A DNA stretch of 50,380 nucleotides from Myxococcales bacterium (GTDB taxonomy: Bacteria; Myxococcota_A; UBA9042; JABWCM01; BTVJ01): positions 1-50,380 of the forward strand of contig BTVJ01000051.1 of the NCBI GenBank assembly GCA_045863395.1, written 5' to 3'. Under the pieces are notes generated by a model. It had not been told where the DNA came from. It searched no databases and worked only from the letters and a program-made list of their open reading frames with translations. Shown here one piece after another: positions 9,143 to 18,889 of the stretch (its first letter is position 1; every line of letters starts with the position of its first letter). The position numbers and the translations under genes were made by a program.

Positions 9143-12100
9143 CTACGGCCCCTCCTCCTTGTCCGGCTCGAAGGGCCGGAAGACCTCTCGCACCGTCTGC
9201 ACGTTGGCCAGGGTCGCGCGATCCACGTGCCTGAGCGCCGCGAGGATGTCGGTCAGGCGGTTCCAGATCTCGCTCTGTCCCTTCAGGTGGTGCCCCATGG
9301 ACCGGAGCAGGGGGATGAGGGACAGCTCCACCACCTGGATCTGGCGCTCGAGCAGCTCGTGGATGGCCGGCGGCGGCATGTTCACGATCTCGACCCCGAG
9401 CTGCGCCTTGGACAGCGTGCGCAGGATCTCGTCGAGCCGCCGCAGGTAGGGTGCGAGGGCCACGCTCGGGTCGGTCCGCGGCGCCGCGCCAGCCTTGGCG
9501 ACCAGCTCCGCGGTCTTCGCGGCCGCCTCGACCTGGGCCTCGGCGACCTTGGCCGCCGCCTCTGCCTGGCGCTCTGCCACCTTCGCCGTCGCCTCTGCCT
9601 GGCGCTCGGCGGCCTCCACCTGGCGGGTCGCGGCCTCCCGCGCCGCACCTTGTATGGTCCCCGCGATGGACTCCAGGCGCTCGGACAGGAGCCCGAGCTG
9701 CCCCGTCACCCGGGTCACGGGATCGTCCTCCTTGCCCCCCATGAGGACCTGGCGCTGGAAGCCCTTCTTGATCTCCGCCCACCGCGCCGCCTGCTCGGCC
9801 GTCATCCTGCCGCGCAGCTCGGCGAGCTTCAGCAGGTTCTGCTCCGCGCCGGTGGTCAGGGTCTGCGCCTCGCCCAGGTAGTGGTCGTCGATCAGCGCCT
9901 GGAGCTCCGCCTCGTTCATGACCGGCACGACCCGCTGGGCCATCTTGTTCATGTTGCGGTAGCTGCCCTGGAGCTTGAAGGGAGGCTCCGTCCGGTACGC
10001 GTCGTCCTGTGAGGCGCTGCGGATGTACTCCAGGTTCACGCGCAGCACGACCTTTTGGATGGCCATGAGCTTCCGCACCACGCTGATCACGTCCTGGAGC
10101 TCGGCGGAGGTCCAGGAGGTGGAGAGCTCGCTGGTGGCGATCTCTTCGCCCAGGGCCATGCGCACGATGAGGCGCACGTCCTTCGGGTCCCGCGTGGTCA
10201 GCGGCGCGAGCACCTGGTTCGACGTCAGGGAGTTCTCGATGTAGCTCAGCGCGAACAGCTCCTCCTTGCCGTCGAGGATGTCGCCCAGGTTGTAGGTGTC
10301 CGCCCGGTTGGCGAGCATGTCGGGGATCTGGAACTTCTCGCCGGACTCGGTGTACGGGTTGCCGGCCATCACCACGCAGAACTTCTTGCCCCGCAGGTCG
10401 TAGGTGCGCGTCCGACCGCCCCACACGCCCTCGATCTTGCGCGTCGCGTCGCAGAGCGAGATGAACTTCTGCAGCAGCTCCGGGTTGGTGTGCTGGATGT
10501 CGTCGAGGTAGAGCATCACGTTGTTGCCCATCTCCAGGGCCAGGTTGATCTTCTCGACCTCCTGCCGCGCCGTGGCGTTGGGCGCCTCCGCCGGATCCAG
10601 CGACGTCACCGAGTGCCCGAGCGACGGGCCGTTGATCTTCATGAACACGAGGCCGAGGCGCGTCGCCACGTACTCCATGAGGGTCGTCTTGCCGTAGCCC
10701 GGGGGGGAGACCAGCAGCAACATGCCCATGAGGTCCGTGCGCTTGCCGGCCCCCGCCGCGCCGAGCTGCTTCGCCAGGTTGTCGCCGATCAGAGGCAGGT
10801 ACACCTCGTCGATCAGGCGGTTGCGGACGAAGCTGCTCATGATGCGCGGTGTGTACTCGCTGAGCCGCAGGCGGCGCCGCTGGGCCTCCAGGACCTTGTG
10901 GCGCACGGCCTGGTAGGCCCGGAACCCGGGGACCCGGACGTGACGGAACTGGAGCAGCCGTGAGAGCACCTCGTCGAGCCGCAGGCTCATGGTCCGGTTC
11001 GTGATCCGCCCGTGGTGCCCGAGGAGGCCCGTCACCTCCACCGAGGACACGACGCTCGAGGGCTCGCGGTCCAGGCGCCGCTCGGTCACCATGAGCACGA
11101 CCGCCTCCTCGACCACGTGGCGGTGCTCCGCGCGCCCCGCGTCGGCCTGGAGCCAGCCTCCCAGCCAGGCGCGCACCAGCTCCACCTGGCTCGTCGGATC
11201 TCCGTCCAGCGCGCGCAGATCGTCGAGGAGCTCCCGCAGCGCGCCGCTGCGGTCCAGATCCGTCGTGAACGCCCGCTGGAGCGCCAGCGCCTCGGCGCTC
11301 GCCACGAAGCGCTGCGGCGTCCGGGCGATCTCCTCCAGCAGGTAGGCGCCGGCGATGCGCGCGTCCTCTGGATCGATCAGCAGCTCGCGCGCCTCGAAGA
11401 AGGAGGCCACCGCCGCCGCGAGGTCCGCCTGGAGCTCACCGATGGCGGGCCCATAGGCGAAGGCCTCCCGCATGCGCACGAGGCTCCGCGCCTTCCGCTC
11501 CCAGAGCCCCCTCGCCTTCGCGTCGTCGAAGAAGGCCCAGAACAGCGCCGCATACGCTCGCGGGGCGGGTGGGAACCGCAGGAGCCCGGCCGTCTGCGAC
11601 ATGCCGTGGAGCTTCTCCAGGATGAGCGCCGCGTCCGCGTCGTGCAGGCCCCGCTCGTAGCCCTCGTCGTAGCGCTCGGCCGCCACGCGCCGCACGAGGG
11701 CGAGGAGACCCCCCTCCGCCAGGGCGGCGTCGCGCAGGTCCGCCATGGACAGCCCCTTGCCGACCTCCGCATCGAAGAGGATGCTCGTCGCCAGGTACTC
11801 GGCCCGGTAGACCTCGGGGGTCTCCGACACGAGCTGCTGGTCCCAGTACGGTCGCGTCGCCTCCAGCTCCGCGTCGCTCACCACCTCGAAGAAGTCGGTG
11901 CCGAGCAGGTGGACCGCCATGCCGTCGCCCCGGGGCAGCATGGTCAGGTCGAGGGCCTGGGTGTTGACGCTGAACCGGTGCCGCCCGAGGCGCACGAGGC
12001 TCGCGCCCTCCTCGAACAGGTCCTGGCGGTCCCGCAGGGTGCGCCCCGCCTCCTCACGGGCCGCCTTGATGCGGGACTCCACCTCGTCCGCGCGCACCGA

Positions 12101-14548
12101 GTCACCGAGCTCTCGCAGGCGCTGCGCGACGTCCCGGATCTTCGCCACCATGGGGTCGGCGGCGAAGTAGGCGTTGAGCTCGTCGCCGGTGCCAAGCTGG
12201 GCGGAGCGCCGAACGATGCCCGTCAGGATCCGGTCCGCCGCGTCCATGAGGCTCTGGGCCTTGCGCTGCCGCACCTCCATGAGCGACTGCTTCTTGGCAG
12301 CGAAGGCCTCGGTCAGCTCCTCCCGCTTGGTGGCGAGCTGCACCAGGAACTCGTCGAACTCGCTGAACCGCCCCTCCAGGTCCTCGAGCTGGAGCAGGAG
12401 CCGGCTCTGCCCCTCGTCGCACTTCTCGGGGGTGTCCGCGACGACCAGCGCGCTCTGCACGTTCTGCGACAGCAGCTTGAACTGGGCGCCGAACTCCGCG
12501 ACGCTCTCACGCCCCAAGAGCTCGCGACGCCGCGCCGCCACCACCGCCCGGGCCCGGTTCAGCGCGCCGAGCACCTCCGAGATGGCCTCCAGGATCTGCG
12601 TCCGCACCGTCGCGTCCGAGATCGCCAGGCCCCCCACCACCTCCGTGAGCAGGTCCACCTGGGACGCCACCTCGTCGATGGCCACGAGCACCGGGTCTGC
12701 GTCCGTGACCTTCTGCACGGCCTCGCCCGTCGCCAGCAGCTCGCCGATCCGCGCGTGGTACGGAGCGAGCGCCTCGTCCCGCAGCAGGAACTCCACCGCG
12801 CCACGGCTCAGAGCATCGAACCGCTCGATGACCCCCTTCTCCAGGGCGTCGATGCGGCCCACGTCCGCATAGCGCATGTCCTTCAGCGAGATCAGGTGCC
12901 CCCGCTGGCGCCGCAGCTCCGCGAGCCCGCCGACGTACCCATCGACGGTCGTCCAGTCCTCCGCCCGCAGCCGCCGCAGCAGCTCCTCCTGCTGGCGCGA
13001 CGCCGCCGCGACGGCGTCCTCCGCCGCCTTGCGGATGGCGACGACCTTCTCGAACTCATCGACGATCAGCTCGGCGGTGGCGCGGATCTCCGTCACCAGC
13101 GGCGCCAGCCCGCCGACCTCCGCGTGGGACAGCCAGTAATACTGGTCCAGGGCGCGCGTGGCCGCGGCGATCAGGTCCTCGTAGATCTGCACCGAGGGCT
13201 TCTGCTCCTCGATGGCGCGCCGCAGGGACAGGCAGTCCGAGATGCCCCGCACCAGCTCCGCGTTGCCCACCTTGGCCAGATACGAGTCTCCGACGGGAGC
13301 CTTTGCGGCAAACTCGTCGCTGGTGAAGGGGGTCTGCCACACCTGCATGGGGTGCACGCGGGTCGCCTCCGCCCCGGTGGAGCGAAAGATGACCATGAGG
13401 CCGTCCTCGAAGATGGTGTAGCCGTGGCAGAAGATGGGGGTCTGGACCTCCTTGCGGATCAGGTTGTAGCCGAGCAGCGCGAACCGCCCCTCGTCGGCCC
13501 GGTGGAACACGTAGAGCACGTCCTCCCCGTTGGGCGACCGGATGGCGCGCTTGAAGGTCATGCCGCTGACGTCCGCGTCGAAGGCCCGCGTGACGCCGGT
13601 CTGAAGCGTGTACCCGCCGGGGAAGATGATGCCGTGGTCCTCGGGCAGCGACACGCACGAGAGGCCGATGGCGTCGATGCGCTCGACCTGCCGCGTCCGC
13701 GTATTGAAGACCAGGTAGCGCCACACCTTCTCGTGGTAGGGCAGCACCTTGATCAGGATCAGCCCGCCCACCTTCGCGTACCAGATGTCGGCGTCGTCCA
13801 GGGCCTGGCGGGGGTCCTCGACGGGCTCCCTGTAGATGCCGAGCCCATCGGTGGTGTTGTCCTCCACCTTGACCGTCAGGTCGCCGCCGACGGTCTCCAC
13901 GAAGACGGTGTCGAGGATGTTGACGTGCGGGTGGCGCCCCGCCACGTGGTTCTCTCGGGTGGTCTGGGTCCACTCGAAGTCGTGGCTCGGCGGGTAGACG
14001 TCGTCCCGCTCACCGCGGTTGTCGATGTACGAGACCTTGCCCGCCGGGGAGATACTCCACCGGAAGGCCTTGGTGTCGACGATCTTGGCGCCGATCTGCA
14101 GCACGGCCAGCAGCTTCCCGTCGAGGCGCCGCGCGTGCAGCAGCTTCGCGTCCTTGTAGTACCTCGTCAGCTCGCCGAAGTCCTTCACGAAGCGCGGGTC
14201 CGCCAGGAAGTCCGCGTCGGAGGCTGGCTCCAGCGAGAATCCCTCGCCGGTTCTCCGAAACGTGTGCAGCGAGAAGACGTCCCCGACGCCGATCTCTGTG
14301 CGCAACCCCAGGAACACGTTGTACGCGAAGAGCAGGCGGTCACCGATGGCGACGATGGACCGCGGGATGCAGTTGTTCTCGGTGCGGATGCGCTCGTTGC
14401 CGACGACGGCCAGCTCCTGGCCGCCGAACAGCTCCATGCGCCGCTTGTTGAGGGCCTCGGCCTTCTCGGCCAGCGCGCGCCCCTGGGCGATCAGCCGATC
14501 ACGGATGACCTCGTAGGCGCCGCGCTCGATCTGCTGGCTCTCCGCCAT
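9143..14548 (-). CDS. giant (1801 aa) MoxR/AAA_5-class AAA+ ATPase-containing protein
   Basis: The AAA+ core sits near residues ~1235-1400. It has Walker A (LLLVSPPGYGKTTLMEY, nt ~10693-10719), Walker B (VMLYLDDIQH) and sensor/Arg elements (FCVVMAGNPY…IPDMLANRADTYNLGD). The ~1200-aa N-terminal region has no recognisable domain. Long alpha-helical/coiled-coil stretches are present (…ERQAEATAKVAERQAEAAAKVAEAQVEAAAK…). The start ATG at 14548 lies 1 nt after the flotillin stop (TGAgATG). Confidence 0.8.
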   Translation of the reverse strand: MAESQQIERGAYEVIRDRLIAQGRALAEKAEALNKRRMELFGGQELAVVGNERIRTENNCIPRSIVAIGDRLLFAYNVFLGLRTEIGVGDVFSLHTFRRTGEGFSLEPASDADFLADPRFVKDFGELTRYYKDAKLLHARRLDGKLLAVLQIGAKIVDTKAFRWSISPAGKVSYIDNRGERDDVYPPSHDFEWTQTTRENHVAGRHPHVNILDTVFVETVGGDLTVKVEDNTTDGLGIYREPVEDPRQALDDADIWYAKVGGLILIKVLPYHEKVWRYLVFNTRTRQVERIDAIGLSCVSLPEDHGIIFPGGYTLQTGVTRAFDADVSGMTFKRAIRSPNGEDVLYVFHRADEGRFALLGYNLIRKEVQTPIFCHGYTIFEDGLMVIFRSTGAEATRVHPMQVWQTPFTSDEFAAKAPVGDSYLAKVGNAELVRGISDCLSLRRAIEEQKPSVQIYEDLIAAATRALDQYYWLSHAEVGGLAPLVTEIRATAELIVDEFEKVVAIRKAAEDAVAAASRQQEELLRRLRAEDWTTVDGYVGGLAELRRQRGHLISLKDMRYADVGRIDALEKGVIERFDALSRGAVEFLLRDEALAPYHARIGELLATGEAVQKVTDADPVLVAIDEVASQVDLLTEVVGGLAISDATVRTQILEAISEVLGALNRARAVVAARRRELLGRESVAEFGAQFKLLSQNVQSALVVADTPEKCDEGQSRLLLQLEDLEGRFSEFDEFLVQLATKREELTEAFAAKKQSLMEVRQRKAQSLMDAADRILTGIVRRSAQLGTGDELNAYFAADPMVAKIRDVAQRLRELGDSVRADEVESRIKAAREEAGRTLRDRQDLFEEGASLVRLGRHRFSVNTQALDLTMLPRGDGMAVHLLGTDFFEVVSDAELEATRPYWDQQLVSETPEVYRAEYLATSILFDAEVGKGLSMADLRDAALAEGGLLALVRRVAAERYDEGYERGLHDADAALILEKLHGMSQTAGLLRFPPAPRAYAALFWAFFDDAKARGLWERKARSLVRMREAFAYGPAIGELQADLAAAVASFFEARELLIDPEDARIAGAYLLEEIARTPQRFVASAEALALQRAFTTDLDRSGALRELLDDLRALDGDPTSQVELVRAWLGGWLQADAGRAEHRHVVEEAVVLMVTERRLDREPSSVVSSVEVTGLLGHHGRITNRTMSLRLDEVLSRLLQFRHVRVPGFRAYQAVRHKVLEAQRRRLRLSEYTPRIMSSFVRNRLIDEVYLPLIGDNLAKQLGAAGAGKRTDLMGMLLLVSPPGYGKTTLMEYVATRLGLVFMKINGPSLGHSVTSLDPAEAPNATARQEVEKINLALEMGNNVMLYLDDIQHTNPELLQKFISLCDATRKIEGVWGGRTRTYDLRGKKFCVVMAGNPYTESGEKFQIPDMLANRADTYNLGDILDGKEELFALSYIENSLTSNQVLAPLTTRDPKDVRLIVRMALGEEIATSELSTSWTSAELQDVISVVRKLMAIQKVVLRVNLEYIRSASQDDAYRTEPPFKLQGSYRNMNKMAQRVVPVMNEAELQALIDDHYLGEAQTLTTGAEQNLLKLAELRGRMTAEQAARWAEIKKGFQRQVLMGGKEDDPVTRVTGQLGLLSERLESIAGTIQGAAREAATRQVEAAERQAEATAKVAERQAEAAAKVAEAQVEAAAKTAELVAKAGAAPRTDPSVALAPYLRRLDEILRTLSKAQLGVEIVNMPPPAIHELLERQIQVVELSLIPLLRSMGHHLKGQSEIWNRLTDILAALRHVDRATLANVQTVREVFRPFEPDKEEGP

Positions 14549-14549
14549 C

Positions 14550-16694
14550 TCAAGACTTCAGCGAGTCGATGCCCAGCGACCTCGCCGTCTCCAGGAGCTT
14601 CTGCAGCTTGAGCTTGCCCTGCGCGTCCGCCCGCCCCATGAGCGAGGCGATCACCGCGGAGATCGTCAGGTTCTGGATGTCCCCGGAGCCCAGCGCCGGG
14701 CGCGAGAGCACGTCCTTCAGATCTGCTGCCAGGTCGCCCTCCCCGCTCAGGTACGGCTTCAAGACCGTCTGGAGCGACTCGCTGCGCCCCACGAAGCCGT
14801 CGATGGACTTGCCCATGCTGATGGCGTTGACCATACGGTCGAAGAAGGCCCCGTCGCCGCCGACGATGTCGATCTTCGCGGACTTGAAGGCCTCGCCGAT
14901 GAGCCGCGCCTGGGCCTCCGCCACCTCGCGGCGCGCGTGGATGTGCTCCAGCTCGACCGCCTTCTCCTTGTCGAGCCGCAGCCGGAACTCCTCGTGGCCC
15001 CGCCCCGCCTCGTCGAGCGCCTTCATGGCCGCCGCCTTGCTCGCGATGCCGCTCGCCTCGGCGGCCAGCTTCTCCTTGGTGCCGACCGCCTCGGCGGTCA
15101 GCTTCTCCTTCGTGCCCACCGCCTCGGCCAGCGCCTTCTCCCGCGAGACCGTCGCCTCCGCCAGCCCCACCTTCTCCAGAGCCGCGGCCTCTGCCTCCCG
15201 CACGCGCACCCGGGCCTGGCCCTGCGCCTCCTCGCCCACCGCCGTCGCCTGCATCTTCTCTACGGTGACCCGGGCCTCTGCCATCCCCTGCTTCTCCGTG
15301 GCGATGGCGCCGGCCTCCCGCACGCGCACGTCCGCGAGCCCGGTGGCCGCCGCCTCCGCCTGGACGCCCTCGGCAAGCCGCATCTTGGCCTTGGCAAGCC
15401 GGTCGGCCGCCTCCAGCTCCGCCTCCGCGATGGTGAGCCGCTGCTTGGCCTCGTGGCGGGACGCCTGCTCGCTGGCCTCTGCGGCCTTGATGTCCTTGAC
15501 GAGCTGTTGCTGTGCCTCCCCCTCCGCCTTGATGATCGAGGCGTCCTTGTGGCGCTTGGCGTCCTCGACGAGGCGCAGCGTCTTGATGCGCTCCTCCTCC
15601 TCCGCCACGGTCTTCTCGACGGCGATGCGCTGCCGGATGACGTCCTGGATCTCCTTGCGCTCCTTCTCCAGCTCCTTCTCCTTGGAGATGCGCTGGAGCT
15701 CCACCTCCCGCTCGCGCGAGATGGCCTCCAGGTCCCGGTCCTTCTGGACGCGCTCGGTCTCCACGCCGATGACCCGCTCCCGGTTCTTGCGGGCGACCTC
15801 CACCTGGCGGGTCTTGTTCTCTTCGTTGATTGCGATCTCCTCGTCGGCCTTGATGCGCGCGTTCTCGGCCTTGAGCCGCTCCTCGGCGGCGACGCGCAGC
15901 TCCTCCGCCTTCTCGCGCGCCTTCACGGTCGCGATCTCGCGCGCCTGCTTGGACTCGGCGTCCGCCTTCTGGCGGTCCAGCTCCAGGATGGCCTCCTGCG
16001 CCTCCACGTCCTGCTTGCGGATCAGCTTCTTCTCGTTGTTCTCATACTCATTCGTGCGCACGTGCTCGATGGCCGTCAGCTCGGTGATCTTCCGGATGCC
16101 CTGCGCATCGAGGATGTTGCTCGCGTCGAGGGACGTCAGCGGCGTCTGCTCCAGGTAGTCGATGGCCGCGTCCTCCAGGACGTAGCCGTTCAGGTCGCGC
16201 CCGATGACCTCGATGATCTTGTCCTTGAAGTCGTTGCGCTGGGTGTAGAGGCCCTCGAAGTCGATGTGCTTGCCCACGGTCTTCAGCGCCTCCGAGAACT
16301 TCGCGCTGAACAGCTCCTCGATGGTCTTCTGATCGCTCGCCCGCGCGCAGCCGATGGCCTGCGCCACCTTCAGCACGTCCTCCTTCGTCTTGTTGACCCG
16401 CACGAAGAACGTGACCTTGATGTCCGCCCGGATGTTGTCCTTGCAGATCAGGCCCTCCTTGCCGCGCCGGTCGATCTCGATGGTCTTCACCGAGATGTCC
16501 ATCACCTCCGAGCGGTGGATGATCGGGTAGACCACCGCGCCCGTGAACGTGACCAGCGGCTCGGACTTCATCGTGTTGACGATGAGCGCGCGGCCCTGGT
16601 CGACCTTCTTGTAGAAGTTCAGCACGACGATGCCGGCGCCTGCGATCAGCAGGACCAGCACGCCGATGGACACGAGGACGGCATAGATGGTCAT
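14550..16694 (-). CDS. flotillin-like SPFH protein with extended coiled-coil (714 aa)
   Basis: Start MTIYAVLVSIGVLVLLIAGAGIVVL (TM) has the RBS AAGGAG 8 nt upstream. An SPFH domain is followed by a long E/A/K/R-rich heptad region (ADEEIAINEENKTRQVEVARKNRERV…), as in FloT/YqiK-type flotillins. Confidence 0.8.
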   Translation of the reverse strand: MTIYAVLVSIGVLVLLIAGAGIVVLNFYKKVDQGRALIVNTMKSEPLVTFTGAVVYPIIHRSEVMDISVKTIEIDRRGKEGLICKDNIRADIKVTFFVRVNKTKEDVLKVAQAIGCARASDQKTIEELFSAKFSEALKTVGKHIDFEGLYTQRNDFKDKIIEVIGRDLNGYVLEDAAIDYLEQTPLTSLDASNILDAQGIRKITELTAIEHVRTNEYENNEKKLIRKQDVEAQEAILELDRQKADAESKQAREIATVKAREKAEELRVAAEERLKAENARIKADEEIAINEENKTRQVEVARKNRERVIGVETERVQKDRDLEAISREREVELQRISKEKELEKERKEIQDVIRQRIAVEKTVAEEEERIKTLRLVEDAKRHKDASIIKAEGEAQQQLVKDIKAAEASEQASRHEAKQRLTIAEAELEAADRLAKAKMRLAEGVQAEAAATGLADVRVREAGAIATEKQGMAEARVTVEKMQATAVGEEAQGQARVRVREAEAAALEKVGLAEATVSREKALAEAVGTKEKLTAEAVGTKEKLAAEASGIASKAAAMKALDEAGRGHEEFRLRLDKEKAVELEHIHARREVAEAQARLIGEAFKSAKIDIVGGDGAFFDRMVNAISMGKSIDGFVGRSESLQTVLKPYLSGEGDLAADLKDVLSRPALGSGDIQNLTISAVIASLMGRADAQGKLKLQKLLETARSLGIDSLKS

Positions 16695-16743
16695 CGGTAC
16701 TCGCTCCTTTCGCGCATGGTCAGGACCGGGGATCTGGACACGC

Positions 16744-17559
16744 TCAGGGGCGCGTGTCAACCGGAATGTCCCCGTCTCCGAGGAGCTGATCGTAGGGGAC
16801 GACGTGGAAGATCCCGTGGGCGGGGTCGTAGTCGATGATCAGCGCGCGCTCGCCCCGGCCGAGCTGCTTCGCCTTGTCGGCGCTCCTCACCTGCACCAGC
16901 AGCCCCGCGCCACCGTCCGCCACCTCGGCCTGCCCGAAGTGGTCGTCCACGCGGGACGTGGAGATCACGCACACCTCGCCGATGAGCGAGCGGCTCTCGG
17001 GGCCCGCGTGGGTCACGAAGAAGCGGCGCAGCGGCTTGATGGCGAGGCGCGCGCCCGCCAGGCCCACGCCCAGCGAGGCGATGGTCACCCCCGCGCCCAC
17101 GATCAGCCTCATCAGCGCCGAGTCGCCCAGGCCCCCGAGCGCCTCCATGACCACCACCGAGGAGAGCCAGGCCAGCAGGACGACGAAGCTGAGCGAGACG
17201 GTCAGCGGCACGCCCCGGAGCCCCAGCGCGCTGAACAGGGAGGCCACCCCCTCGTGGCCGTGTCCGGCCGCCTCATGGAGCCCCTCTGCCGCGCCGTCCG
17301 CCGCGCCGTCGAGCCCGTCCACCCCGTCGAGGGCATCCAGGGAGCCGTGCCCTGCCGCGTGGGCCGCCCCGTCCACTCCCCCGAGGGCCGCCTCCGCCGC
17401 CCCATCCAACGCCCCGTCGGCGCCGTCCAGGTGCACGTCCAGGAAGTCCATGTCCAGCGCGCCCAGGACGACGAAGCCCCAGTAGATCACCACCACCCCG
17501 AGCAGGATCGTGAACACGACCGTCGGGAAGGCCAGAATGGCTGCGAGGAACTCCGTCAT
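16744..17559 (-). CDS. NfeD-like membrane protein (YqiJ/YuaF-type flotillin partner)
   Basis: N-terminal TM helices are followed by a Gly/Asp/Ala-rich linker and further TM helices. The C-terminal soluble OB-fold-like segment (GEVCVISTSRVDDHFGQAEVADGGAGLLVQVRSAD…GERALIIDYD) is typical of short NfeD proteins. It lies immediately upstream of the flotillin gene, in the canonical arrangement. Confidence 0.65.
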   Translation of the reverse strand: MTEFLAAILAFPTVVFTILLGVVVIYWGFVVLGALDMDFLDVHLDGADGALDGAAEAALGGVDGAAHAAGHGSLDALDGVDGLDGAADGAAEGLHEAAGHGHEGVASLFSALGLRGVPLTVSLSFVVLLAWLSSVVVMEALGGLGDSALMRLIVGAGVTIASLGVGLAGARLAIKPLRRFFVTHAGPESRSLIGEVCVISTSRVDDHFGQAEVADGGAGLLVQVRSADKAKQLGRGERALIIDYDPAHGIFHVVPYDQLLGDGDIPVDTRP

Positions 17560-17895
17560 CGTCCGCTCCGTGTCCGGCAGGTGCCGCCGCGGCGCCTGCT
17601 ACGAGGTGGCCACACCTGCCGCGGGGCGTGCGGATTGTAGCGTGAAGCGGGGGATGGTGGAACCTGCCAACGACGTGCGGTGCGGACCGGCACGGGGGGA
17701 CGACCGGCAGCTCGGGAGCCTGCCTGGCGAGGAGGAGGTGATCGGGTGGCCGCCGAGGCGGTGGATGCACCCCGCAGCTCGCCTCGACGACGGTCGAGCC
17801 ACCCGATCAGCCACCGGACCGCCCGGTGGAGCGAGCGCGCCCGGAACGGGCGTGCTCGGTTTCTGGTCCCTCACCAGTGGCGCACGCGAATGACG

Positions 17896-18750
17896 CTAGT
17901 TGGCCTTGTCCTTCGCCTGCCCCGGAGGAACGTCCTTGTCCTTGTCCTTCGCCTGCCCCGGAGGGACCGGCTTGTCCTTGTTCTGTCCGGGCGCGCCGGC
18001 CATGCCCGGATTGCCCGAGGCCCCGGGGTTGGTCGCCGCGGGATCCTTCTTCAGCAGCCCAGGCGGGACCCGCTTGCCATCGCCCGTGTCCGGGTCCCCG
18101 CCCTTGACACCAGGCATCGCGGCCGAGCCCGGGGGCCCGCCCAGAGAGTCGAGCCAGGGCCCAAAGCCTCGGCGTGCGTCGTTGCGAGCAGCCGCGCCGG
18201 CCAGCTCCCGCGCGGCCGCAGCCATGTCCCCTCCGTGGCTCGACCCCAACCGGTCCAGCGCGCCCAGCACGCGAGCGACGTCCCCCGGCGCGCCGGCCGC
18301 AACGGAGCGCGTCAGCCCCAGCGCGAGGTCGGCAGGGACCCCGCGGAGCCTCAGGTCGGTGGCGAACCGAATGACCACCTCCGGCGAGAGGGTCGAGGCG
18401 GTGATCGCTCCGGAGAGCGACTCCAGCTCCACCCCGCTGCGGAGCGCCTGGGCCCCGGCGATGATCGCGTCCCGCGAGGCCTCGGCGCCGTACCACGCAA
18501 CCAGCGACTCTCGGGCCCGCAACAGATCGCCGCGGAGCCCCGTCACGGCCTCCATGAGCCGCTCCTCGGACACTCGCTTGAGCTGCCCCTCCCGTATCTT
18601 CCTCTCCAGGACGTCTGCGGGGAGCCCCTGCTCCCGCGCCTCACGCACGACCTCGCCGAGCGGGCCCGACAGCTCGCCTGGCGCCTGCGCGGTGGCTGCC
18701 CCCGGGAGCCAGACGGTCAAGAGAAGCGCTAACCAGGAGACCTTCCGCAC
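17896..18750 (-). CDS. secreted hypothetical protein with C-terminal Lys/Pro-rich short repeats
   Basis: GTG start has the RBS GGAGGG. A signal peptide (MRKVSWLALLLTVWLPGAATAQAP) is present. The C-terminus carries repeats (NKDKPVPPGQAKDKDKDVPPGQAKDKAN). Confidence 0.5.
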   Translation of the reverse strand: MRKVSWLALLLTVWLPGAATAQAPGELSGPLGEVVREAREQGLPADVLERKIREGQLKRVSEERLMEAVTGLRGDLLRARESLVAWYGAEASRDAIIAGAQALRSGVELESLSGAITASTLSPEVVIRFATDLRLRGVPADLALGLTRSVAAGAPGDVARVLGALDRLGSSHGGDMAAAARELAGAAARNDARRGFGPWLDSLGGPPGSAAMPGVKGGDPDTGDGKRVPPGLLKKDPAATNPGASGNPGMAGAPGQNKDKPVPPGQAKDKDKDVPPGQAKDKAN

Positions 18751-18889
18751 GACACCCTCCGTTCGGGGGCGGGCCCTTCAGAGACTCGCCTGCCGACATG
18801 ATCCACCTACGACGCACCCCCAGCGTCGATACGTACATCGTCTCCGCGCGTCCGCCGCGGCTCGCTACGAGGCACCACCCGAGGACGCC

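Noticed and set aside
11012-14611. 1199-aa plus-strand ORF antisense to the giant ATPase gene
   Set aside because: Its composition is biased (R/G/L/E-rich) and it has no motifs. The minus strand carries clear Walker A/B motifs and a coherent protein.
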